Below are positions 54,737-64,000 of a DNA stretch of 64,000 nt, in pieces. The DNA comes from Hormiphora californensis (Eukaryota > Animalia > Ctenophora). The notes under the pieces were generated by a model. That model ran no database searches. It saw only the letters and a list, made by a program, of their open reading frames with translations, and was not told where the DNA came from. How positions within the stretch are numbered: the stretch's first letter is position 1; each line of letters starts with the position of its first letter. The stretch lies in NCBI GenBank assembly GCA_020137815.1, contig CM035354.1, positions 5,394,001 to 5,458,000 on the forward strand, read 5' to 3'. A program made the position numbers and the translations under genes.

Positions 54737-55426
54737 GGTAGGCGGTAAATGTTAACCAGATCTTTGAGAATTTCGGTAGGCGGTAAATGTTAACCAGATC
54801 TGTGAGAATTTCGGTAGGCGGTAAATGTTAACCAGATCTGTGAGAATTTCGCACGTTTTTACCCATAACTCAGCCATTTCTTGACCAATTTGCAAAATCT
54901 TGGGCTCGTTGGAAAGAGGACATTGAGATCTCTCAAATGAGCTCAAGAGACTGTAAATAGACATTTTGAAAAAGGAGGACCCACGAGATGGGAATTTCTG
55001 CACTATATGTTTGTATTGTGTGTAATTTATTTGAATTTGAATTTGAATTTGAAAATGAAAATTGGCGAAAACGCGCATTTTGCGCCATGACGCCACAGAT
55101 TTTGCGCCGATTTTAATTTTATTATACTCCATTTTTTTTCAACTGTTCACCCCCCAAAGTCGTGTGTGGATTTGTTTTGCGCGTCTATCACATGTTACCG
55201 TATAGCGCACGCCACAGAAATTCTAAATTTCACTGAAATTTCAATTTTGGGTGAACAGTTGAAAAAAATGGACTTTAGCCTTTAGGCTCATTTGAAAGAG
55301 CTCCATGTCCTTTTTCCAACGAGCCCAAGATTTTGCAAATTGGTCAAGAAATGGCTGAGTTATGGGCAAAAACGTGGTTTTGCACGTACGTATTCTCTCA
55401 GATCTGGTTAACATTTACCGCCTACC
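54737..55426. mobile_element. MITE with ~140-bp inverted repeats; left terminal 38 bp triplicated
   Basis: GGTAGGCGGTAAATGTTAACCAGATCT starts at 54737, 54775 and 54813; its reverse complement ends at 55426. CCCATAACTCAGCCATTTCTTGACCAATTTGCAAAATCTTGGGCTCGTTGGAAA is mirrored at ~55310-55366. Confidence 0.8.
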
Positions 55427-56286
55427 TTACCCAACTTCGTATAGCTGCTCGTCCCTGTTGCCTTCGCCCCTCAATCTTCCCCGATGCCCCCTGAATCAGG
55501 GGGCATCGGGGCCCTGATGGACATAGTTATTGATCGCACCATGGCAAAATAAAGTCGTAGTCGAAGATAACGGATACATTGCTCATGCGACATGCATGGG
55601 AGCATCCCGTTTTCTGAGCTTTCTTGTCGGCTGTTTTAAAAGAAAAAAAGAAAAAAAAAGAAAAAGAAAAAAACTTTTTTAGATCAATATGTCAAAAAAA
55701 CTATAAATCGCGCGGCGCGGCGAGGAAATGCAATGCACTAACTACAGAATAGCGCCTTCCACGAAATCGCAAATTTCGTCATCGCTATAATAGCGCGCTA
55801 TGACGTCATCGAATGAGGCAATCGCTTCGAAAGATTTCGCTCATTTTGGTTAATTAATATCTGAAATATTATCTCCATACGACTAGTAGGAGCGCTTAGA
55901 TCAGTCGGATTTTAAATGAGTGTCATTTTTTAAAGCTTTCAAATTTCTTAAAATGACCACATCTCCAGTTCCTGATGAGATGGACCGAAAATATGACAAA
56001 TTTTGTTATTTTGAGAAACAACACTCACGTAAAATCCGACTTTAGAGTAGAAAATTCGTATAACACTATCACAAGGCTGGTTTCGGTTTTTTTAACGACA
56101 GAGCTGTATTTACAATTAAAAAATGATGAATCTTCCAAGATTTCAGCTTACATATAATATATCCGGATATGATATGATTATCTCTCACCCTCCCTTCGCT
56201 AAAATCAGTACATCTCTCTCAATTAGGGAATCTAAACAGTCTCAAACAGCGGGTATAATAGTTTCCAATAGTCCAGCTCTCTTTTT

Positions 56287-59200
56287 TTATCCAAAAAGTC
56301 GGTTCTGGGTGTTCTGATACTTCCGAAGGGGATGAGCTCGGTCAACTACGGGTCGTTGGAGAGCAGTCGCTAGTTTCGTCTGATATGCATCTTCGGCAAA
56401 GTTCTGCATTTGAAGTTCCCGTGTTTTTTCCTCAACTTCACGGCCCTTGATGGCCTCCCCATAGGACATCTGACTTCCGCAAATCGTCTTGGTATCCAAG
56501 ATTACGCTGTGGAAAAGAGGAGGGGGAGTGAGTTTGGATAGGAGGTCTCTCGTCGTACCATTACCCCAAATAATAGATGAAATTTATTATTTAATGAAGA
56601 TATACATTGTTATGTTTTAACCCTCGTTTACATTTGTAACGGGCAAAGCAAGATATACACGTTTACATGGTAATTATTATAGCCTAGGCCTAGCTAGGAT
56701 AATTCAAAGGAGTAGGGTCAATTAAAAGCCCGCTGATCTTCGGCCACTACTTAATTGTGAGGTTATTGATAAGATGGGGCGATTGTTACCTCTTTAGTTC
56801 GTTTGACCTTCTCAGCCTCGAGTCGCTCGTGTTCGGAGTAAGCTGCCTTCAGTTCATCTCTCTCCCTCAACAGACCGTCTTGCTCCTTTTGCTGGATTTC
56901 AACTGTAGGGAATTTTATAGTCAGGTACTGTTAAATGGTCTCAATCTCACTCTCAGAACAGAATCATCAAGCCAAGTTTAGAATCGGTCAGTTTCTGTAC
57001 ATATCGTTGTCATGGCATCGCGCGCGCAAACTCATCGAATCTCCAGATCTGCGCGGTTCGGCGGCCGCGGCCGCTCCTCCACCTACGTTTCTCAGCGATC
57101 TGTTTTCGTCGAATTTCGACCATTTCTTCAGTCATCCTCCTTCGAGCCTCTCTTTCCATCTGCCACTGGTTCACTCTCTTCTGCCACTGCTTCTCAACCT
57201 GAGTGAGGACAGTAACTCAGTTTAGAGTGGGCGATGTTGCTATGGTGATGAGAATAATCGGGTAACAGATCGAGGGCTATAAAAGACATATCAACCACAG
57301 ATACAATCACAAATCATGTAGAATCACAAATCATGTAGAATCAAAAATAATCCCTACCTCTTCGTTAATAAGGGCCTCCAGTTCCCTCTCTGCTTCCTTC
57401 TCCTTCTGCACCTGCTCGTCCAGGTACTGCATGTAAGCGTGTGCCTCATGGTGCAGCTCTCCCTTCCTCTTAACCGCCTCCTCTTTCTCATTCTCTGTCT
57501 CGGCAAGGAGTGCTTCTAGAATCCTCATATCAATCGCTAACTCAGCCTGCAACTCCTTTGCCTGGCGTCGTGCCTTCAGTTTGATTTGGTTCATGTGGTG
57601 GGACATTGCTTCAGCCTGCTGACTCCTCTTTACCTGAAATGAAAGAGAGTTAGAAAACACACAAAATTTAACTCAGCCCGTTTGTTTGTTTGTTGGTAGT
57701 CAAGACCACAAACAACAGTTTTAAGAAATATCCAGCGAAAACAAACCAACAACAGACAATCTACAGTTTCATTTCGTCCCAAATCATCCCTACTTCAGAT
57801 AATATTCTCCATATCAACTTCAACATGTCCCTCGCTACTAGCTACACTTCCAAAAAGTCTATCAATATCAAATCTACCATCATCGTCCTCTTGCTGTAAG
57901 TGTCCTCTAAAAGTGAAGGACAGAGGGAAGAGTGTGATCATCATGCCACTATCATCCTCACCAGGTGTCTCCAGCTCTGTGACGTCATCAGAAGCAGGGA
58001 GAGGTGTGGAGGGTTCGGGTGTGAAGAATTCCAGATACTCGCTAACCTCACCATCATATTCCTTCTCCAGTTGGGCCATTCTCGTCCTCCAAGTCTCATC
58101 ACTCGGGGTCTCAGCGGGTACCCTAACTTCAGCTGTGGCGGTGTTCATATGCCGATTGAACCGGGATAGAGAGCTTGGTCTTGGATTTTGGTGATACCCC
58201 TGCACCCTCACTTCTTCCCGAAACTCAATGACCTCTTCCTGAAATGATGTCACCCCAGAGAGACCTTGCGGGCTTTCAAGGGACTGTGGGGTGTGTGTCG
58301 GTGTTGCCTCCGCGAACAATCTCTCTATCTCTCTTCTTTCCATCGCTATCACATCATCAATCTCACTACCATTCTCAGAGTTATAGCTGAGGACAAGGGA
58401 GGGATTGCGGTGGTGGGTGGTCGACACTTCCAGAGTCTCCTCCCGGTAAACATTCACATAGATCAAGGAGCTGTCCTGATCAACCCTAACATCAACCCTC
58501 CTTTTCTTGCTATCCAGTAACAAGACGTTATCTACACCAGGTCCTAGTTCCAGATACTTCTTTCGTCCCTGATCAAGGTGTGGTGCCTCCTCGGGGGAGC
58601 TACTGCTCGGTACAGTAGGGGAACTAGGAGTCGTCTCCTTATCCCCAACTGTCTCAGTCATGACATCCTTCTCACGGATAACTAGTGTGTCTTGTTGGTC
58701 GTCATCTCGAGCTAGTTTCACTTTCACAACACCAAAAACAAGGGAAATCAGGAACGCGACCAGTGAACATCCTGAAATGGCAATCTTGTAGGACTCCCCT
58801 CCTTCTCCCAAAGTGTAGAACCGCGAGCTGAGCAGATAAGCAAACCCCAAGATAGTGTGCCCGAAACCCAGAATAGTCGCTCTCCTGCCTTGGACCGCTG
58901 TAGTCGTTATGTACAACAGATTCACATAGATCCCCTCCGTGATACCCTGCATGATGACGAATACAACAGGTCCAGTAAATGCTATAGTAGAGGAACTCAG
59001 GAGACTGTTAGTGAGGTTCAGAATGGCTATAATGTACCATGTCCCCATTTTCATGTTTAGAAATATGCTCATCAGGAGAACAGCAAAGCACACTGCAAAT
59101 CTCATAGCATACCACAGCTCTAGACTACTTGCTTCCTCTGCCCCTTTGTTGGTGAAGGGGAGGAGAGAGAAACACCAAATCAGGAGTGTCCCCGTTAAAC

Positions 59201-61700
59201 GGAGGAGATAGCGTCTGTCCATGACAAACAAACTCAACTCAGACAAGACATCACTGTCAAGAAGACTCATCTTTAGGATCCGTGAGTAGGCCTTCCATCT
59301 GGCAGATATCTTCCTCAGATCCCGTGTTGCCTGGGGTATGAGGCGGTGGGAGAGCGAGAAAGGAATTGATTCCGGGAGGGTGATAGCAAGTGTGCCGGTA
59401 ACCCAACTGATAAACAGGGCACAAACCAGGACTTCCTGAAAATCGGGTATTTCCACTACTGTGATGAGAAGGATAACACGTCCTAGGGTAACGAGGCAAA
59501 CACCCACTGCGGCCGGTGCTAGGCGTAGTTGAGCAGGAAGGTTCTCAAAACACCATACCACCCCAGCTACTAGATAACACCCATAAATCACCCCAAGCAC
59601 CAGCTGGATCATGATAAACCCACCAATACTATCATTTAGGATGAGGGTTAGTTGGACGAGGGCCCCGGTCAGGGCAGTCCCGAGAAGAAGACATCTCCTG
59701 CCGAACCTATCAATAAAGAGCCCTGAGAAGAGGGCTCCCACAATAAACCCATAACATATCAGGTCATTTAGATCGGTCATTTCACTTTCACAATACAGAC
59801 CCCAACGAACTGAATATCGGTTTTTAGCAGCTTCAGTCCAGTAAAAATGATGTCCAAGCACAAAATAATCATCCATTGATACATTGCTAGTTGTCATGAC
59901 TGTCCCATTACTAAACATCACACTGCTCGGTATTTCGGTGACCGGATTTTGGTTGCACAGGATTGCCTGGGTGTACATGGATCCTCCATTTGTGATGTTG
60001 GCACATACCCCAGCTGTGGTGGAGTAGCACCTCCATTGTGTGTAGTCCACGTGCTGCCCAAATATGGTCATATCAAATATCAGGGGTAGGGCGAGGAGGA
60101 AGGAACATCCCAGGGTTAGTTTTACAAGGAATTTTGGTGTTATTTTGACCATCTCACTGAGGAGTTGTGAAACGCTAATTCTCCGTGTTAGCCGATCTGT
60201 GGGCTGGGTCAGGGCATGCTCAACGAGGGAGAGAATCCTGGATCGACTGAGTGGTATTCGACCCTGCGGGGTCGCTGGGGACTCCAGTCGATCCACTTCA
60301 TCTAGCTGTTCGATTTCATCCATAAATAAAACAACAGTAGACTAACAAAACATTGAGACGGGACAGTGTACAAGGTGAATGTTGAGTGATCATTGAGGTA
60401 TAGATATACCATCCTATCTACTTAATTACGGCAATAAATAGTGGGGTGAAAACTTCAATATTTATCCAGCATGATATTTACCTGAAGAAGGTGCCTCTCC
60501 TCAGCCTCCCTCTGGAGTTTCTCCTCCTCCATTAACCTCGCCTCCTCCTCCTTCAGCCTCTTAGCGCTCTCATTCTGGAGACGGATAGCTGCCAACTGTT
60601 TCTCTAGAACCTGTAATCAAAGGAGGTTTATAAGATAAGCGTTACCAGTTACGATATGATTGGTAATGAAGATGTTGTATAAAGTGATGGGGATTGGGGG
60701 ACTCGGGGGAGGGGGCCCTCAGGGGGGAAGGGGGGTCTAACCAACCTCAAGACAATCCTTGTTTCGTTGGATTGCTGCAGCACACTCCCTCTCTTCCCTT
60801 TCACTCTTCATAATCCTGTCACTTTCCCAAAGAGCAGCGTACATGCCCTCCTCTGGAGAAATTAGATGTGTGAGGAGGAATAGCAATATATAATTTTATT
60901 GAACTAGAAAAGTAGGACCAGTTTCTAAAATGTAGCATAACTCACCTTCCTTCTCTCGAGATTTGATCATGTTGGAAATTTCGATCTGCTTGGCCCGCTC
61001 CTCAAAGACTTCATTTTGGTGTTTCCTAGCAAGGATTGGCCTCAATTCATCGCACTCCTCCCTCCATCGAATATCCAACTTCTCTTCAACATATGCCAAC
61101 CTCTCCTGCTCTCGTTTCTCTCGGAGTGCCTTGGCTCGGGCCCTCATCTTTGCTTGTCTCTCCAGAACGGTCTCTTGCTGAGCATCAATCTCAATAACAT
61201 ACTGCTGTTCCTCAGCATCAAGAAGAGCACGCAGTCTGAAAATTATCGATGTTAGTCATCGATGGCAGGCTGCCATTGGCAGTTGGGAATGAGTCATTTG
61301 ACGATTTATAATTTGACTCAAGTCTCAACCTACTTCTCTCGACGTTTTTCCAGTTCAAAACCTTCCGCTTTCAGCATGGAATCGACCCTACGCTTCACAG
61401 TGTTCTTTTGAATTCGGATGTCGGTTTCTTTTTCCCACTGAGTTTTCAAATCATGATGCTTCTGCTGTAGAACTTCCTCCTGTACCTTCAACCTTTGTTC
61501 GTCCTTTTTCCTTCGTTCTAAAATCAAGCTATCTGGAGGCTTCTTCAGTGGCGGCTTGGCAATCTGTGACAAAGGGTTAATTGTCAGTCAATACTCAATA
61601 CTCAATATTCACCTTAAAATAATGGTGCACTTACAATTGCCACTGAGTGGGGTGTTGGTCCATTGTGCTCCCGGGTTCGTCTTGGTTTCGATAGCAACAT
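56287..61700 (-). CDS. CFAP53: Cilia- and flagella-associated protein 53 (CCDC11), 9 exons
   Basis: Exons 61700-61635, 61563-61334, 61235-60946, 60852-60746, 60610-60482, 57633-57358, 57198-57087, 56902-56790, 56506-56287. REHNGPTPHSVAI..KPP, LKTQWE, RREKLRALL, EKLDIRWREECDELR, MYAALWESDR and the C-terminal HPLR match CFAP53. One extra base at ~56475. Confidence 0.92.
57795..60323 (-). CDS. Intronless MFS transporter, SLC22/OCT-like, 842 aa, nested on the same strand in CFAP53 intron 5
   Basis: TM1, a Cys-containing extracellular loop ending RWGLYC, MFS motif A (GLFIDRFGRR), ENLPAQLR, LPES, ~12 hydrophobic segments and a long acidic C-terminal tail; uninterrupted 2.5-kb ORF. Confidence 0.9.
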   Translation of the reverse strand: MDEIEQLDEVDRLESPATPQGRIPLSRSRILSLVEHALTQPTDRLTRRISVSQLLSEMVKITPKFLVKLTLGCSFLLALPLIFDMTIFGQHVDYTQWRCYSTTAGVCANITNGGSMYTQAILCNQNPVTEIPSSVMFSNGTVMTTSNVSMDDYFVLGHHFYWTEAAKNRYSVRWGLYCESEMTDLNDLICYGFIVGALFSGLFIDRFGRRCLLLGTALTGALVQLTLILNDSIGGFIMIQLVLGVIYGCYLVAGVVWCFENLPAQLRLAPAAVGVCLVTLGRVILLITVVEIPDFQEVLVCALFISWVTGTLAITLPESIPFSLSHRLIPQATRDLRKISARWKAYSRILKMSLLDSDVLSELSLFVMDRRYLLRLTGTLLIWCFSLLPFTNKGAEEASSLELWYAMRFAVCFAVLLMSIFLNMKMGTWYIIAILNLTNSLLSSSTIAFTGPVVFVIMQGITEGIYVNLLYITTTAVQGRRATILGFGHTILGFAYLLSSRFYTLGEGGESYKIAISGCSLVAFLISLVFGVVKVKLARDDDQQDTLVIREKDVMTETVGDKETTPSSPTVPSSSSPEEAPHLDQGRKKYLELGPGVDNVLLLDSKKRRVDVRVDQDSSLIYVNVYREETLEVSTTHHRNPSLVLSYNSENGSEIDDVIAMERREIERLFAEATPTHTPQSLESPQGLSGVTSFQEEVIEFREEVRVQGYHQNPRPSSLSRFNRHMNTATAEVRVPAETPSDETWRTRMAQLEKEYDGEVSEYLEFFTPEPSTPLPASDDVTELETPGEDDSGMMITLFPLSFTFRGHLQQEDDDGRFDIDRLFGSVASSEGHVEVDMENII

Positions 61701-61842
61701 TACCCCGCCTACAGATCAGAAAATGTATTAAACTTATCGGAAACAATATTCAATTAATTATGAACGTCAAATTGACGTCGTCGATATAAAAAAGGCAAAA
61801 TATATAAATTCAAATTCAAATTCAAATTTAAAATTTAAAATA

Positions 61843-62141
61843 CTAGCGCACCCATTGGGTGCGCCTCAAGTAAGGGCCTTTTGATAACCCACCCGGCTTC
61901 GCCGTGTGGCTCATTTCGCCACTTTCAACGTCAATAACACGGTTGCCATGGCAACTGAATTGGTAAACATGGTTAAAAGTCATTCGAAAATATATATTAA
62001 CTTCCACTGGAAGTTCCAAAAGTGTGAATGACAGCTTTACAGCTTTGGTCACATAAAGTATTTTATGAAGGAGCAGTCTGTCGCTTAGATACCGCCTAAC
62101 GAACGGCCATCACGTCGTTCATCTCCAAATTATAATAGAGA
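61843..62141 (-). mobile_element. Non-autonomous Helitron, copy 2, ~140 bp upstream of the CFAP53 ATG
   Basis: Same A|TC...hairpin-CTAG|T structure as 42516-42830; similarity between the copies ends at these termini. Confidence 0.85.
61942..61955. promoter_or_regulatory. Perfect RFX X-box ~240 bp upstream of the CFAP53 start codon
   Basis: GTTGCCATGGCAAC next to a motile-cilia gene; a weaker X-box-like GTTTCGATAGCAAC lies at 61685-61698, within the first codons. Confidence 0.65.
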
Positions 62142-62355
62142 TAAACTCAATTATATCAAAAATATCTTGAAAGTTCAAGAATGCCTAGAGACTGGAAACG
62201 AGAAATTTCCTAAGAAGTGTGTAATAGCTGCTCTTCATGCACTAATGTAAATTAGTAATCGATGTCGGCCGTAAAAGAGGGACGGAGGTCGGACCTGGGT
62301 CTCCTATGCGTCCGTGGCAAGGGGCGGCAGCGGGCAGCCACGGGCGTCGGGCAAT

Positions 62356-63188
62356 GATTCAAGATTCAAGATTCAAGATTCAAGATTAAAACAGAATTTA
62401 TAATGTCTATAAAATCAACGTCCGCTCATACACTATACGAGCCTCGATATGCACAATGCAGTTTGCACTAACATATAACCAGGCCCGGTAATAATATTAC
62501 TAGTTACCTTAAGCGGAGTATAGCAATTAGGTAACGAGAAATATGTAAGTACATTAGGTACTGTCCGAATCATCAAGTCAATCAACACATTATATAATAA
62601 CAGTTGGTTTTCTTACACATTGATTAATGATTGGGTGCCACACGAAATAATAATAGTAATGAGAAAACACAGTTAGACAAGTCATCGTTATAACTCTGTT
62701 TCTGATATGGATTAAGCAGTGAAGTAAAGTGACCCAAAGACCGATGTGAATTTAGGTTGGAGTAAAGGAACCCAGGAATGATGTCGCAAAGGGGGGGGGG
62801 GGGAAAGGACCCAGGACTGGAACTGATGGGAAGTAGGCTGAAGTGAAAGGACCCGGAAAACCGATGGGAAATAATGTTGGAGTAAAAGGACCCAGTACAG
62901 ATATTACAATGCAGTTACTGTCCGTATGCTTTATAGAAGAGGTGTGTCTTCAGTGCTGTTTTGAATGATGATAGGGATTTGGAGTCACGAATCCCTCGTG
63001 GTAATTCATTCCACATTTTTGGAGCTGCAACACTGAACGCCCCTTTGGTGCTTTCGTAGTGAAACTCACTTCTCCGTATTTCCTTGAGGGTTGTATCATC
63101 GTTATCAATCCTGAGTGACTGAACTTTCTGAGGTCGCTTCATTAACATTTCAGCCATGTAGGGGGGTGATTTTCCATGGATGGTTTTA
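62356..63188 (-). mobile_element. 3' fragment of an L2/Crack-like LINE (end of ORF2, 3' UTR, (AATCTTG)n tail)
   Basis: KTIHGKSPPYM..AFSVAAPKMWNELPRGIR..FKTALKTHLF; plus-strand (GATTCAA)4 at 62356-62387 is the likely tail. Confidence 0.75.
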
Positions 63189-63896
63189 GAATTACAAGAA
63201 TTACAAGAATTACAAATAAGTTTTGGTATTGTACACAATAAATAGTCAAAATAATACCACGCACTCAGCCTAAGCATCCACGTGAAGTGATGTGATAAGT
63301 GGGAATGAAGGTTACTTGCCTTCCGTCAGCAGACTAAAGAGCGAGTTGTCCCCAGTTGTGTGGTATCCTGTGACCGGAGGTCTGTCCGGAAGGGTGTCGA
63401 GAAATCTGCCCAGGTTGACTTTTAGGTTGTCAACAGATGTAGATAGACGAACTGATGTCGGCATCCTGTTGAAGAGTTGGATAGCTCGTATCCCAAAAGA
63501 TTCCTCCCGAAGAGTCTGGACTGATTTTTGAGCAGTGTGATGGATTTGTGGGAGATGGGCCTTTGGTCCATGGCGAAGGTGGTTGTAGAAGGATATGTTC
63601 GTGCTGTTTGGTACCATCTCGTGAAGTATCTTCCATACCTGGATTATCATGTACCGTTCTCTTCTTCTTTGTAGAGACAGAATCCTCAGATACTTGATCC
63701 TTTCCCAATAGTCCATACCTTCACATTCTTTCACCCGTCGAGTGAAGGATCTCTGTACGGTTTCCAGTTGAGCAATATCTTTGATTTTACACGGTGACCA
63801 AAGTGGGGAACAGTACTCCAGCTTTGGCCTAATCAAAGACTTTAGTAAGGTCAGCATCGTTCCTTCAGATCGGTCTCTGAATACTCCCGTAAGCAA
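63189..63896 (-). mobile_element. 3' fragment of a CR1-group LINE (RT C-terminal region, (TTGTAATTC)3 tail), abutting the previous LINE
   Basis: SLIRPKLEYCSPLWSP..LETVQRSFTRR..YWERIKYLRILSLQRRRERY..LFNRMP; plus-strand (GAATTACAA)3 at 63189-63215. Confidence 0.85.
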
Positions 63897-64000
63897 ATTT
63901 TATACTCTATTCTTTGTCTTACAGGTAAGAAATGTGATTTCATTCTCAGTTTTGTCACACCGCGTCTGCCTTTCTTGCCATATATAAATCGTGTCGCAGG

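Overview
Gene-dense eukaryotic (animal) genomic DNA with short GT-AG introns, CTAAC/TTAAC-like branch points and abundant (CT)n/(GA)n microsatellites. A ctenophore origin is my inference from intronless LDLa-GPCR and BTB genes, nested intronic genes and splice acceptors just upstream of ATGs; it is not proven. Gene order: 3' part of BAZ2/Toutatis (+, 322-12744) with a small antisense membrane-protein gene in one intron; an ORF1-only LINE-derived element; Prickle (+, 15487-41274), whose 8-kb intron hosts an antisense LDLa-7TM GPCR with a ~26x Thr-Pro octapeptide tail and an antisense orphan secreted protein; an F-lectin/discoidin-like secreted gene (-); an IRAK4-like pseudokinase with no death domain (+); a plant-PAP2/PPD-type purple acid phosphatase (-); a BTB gene (-); CFAP53 (-) with an intronless SLC22-like transporter nested on the SAME strand; and two LINE 3' fragments. 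Mobile DNA includes several long fold-back MITEs (two with TTAA TSD and GG..CC ends) and two copies of a ~300-bp non-autonomous Helitron carrying a perfect RFX X-box, one directly upstream of the ciliary gene CFAP53. Many 1-nt frameshifts in short homopolymers of conserved genes point to assembly error. All exon structures were derived by hand without transcript data, and family assignments come from remembered motifs, not database searches.
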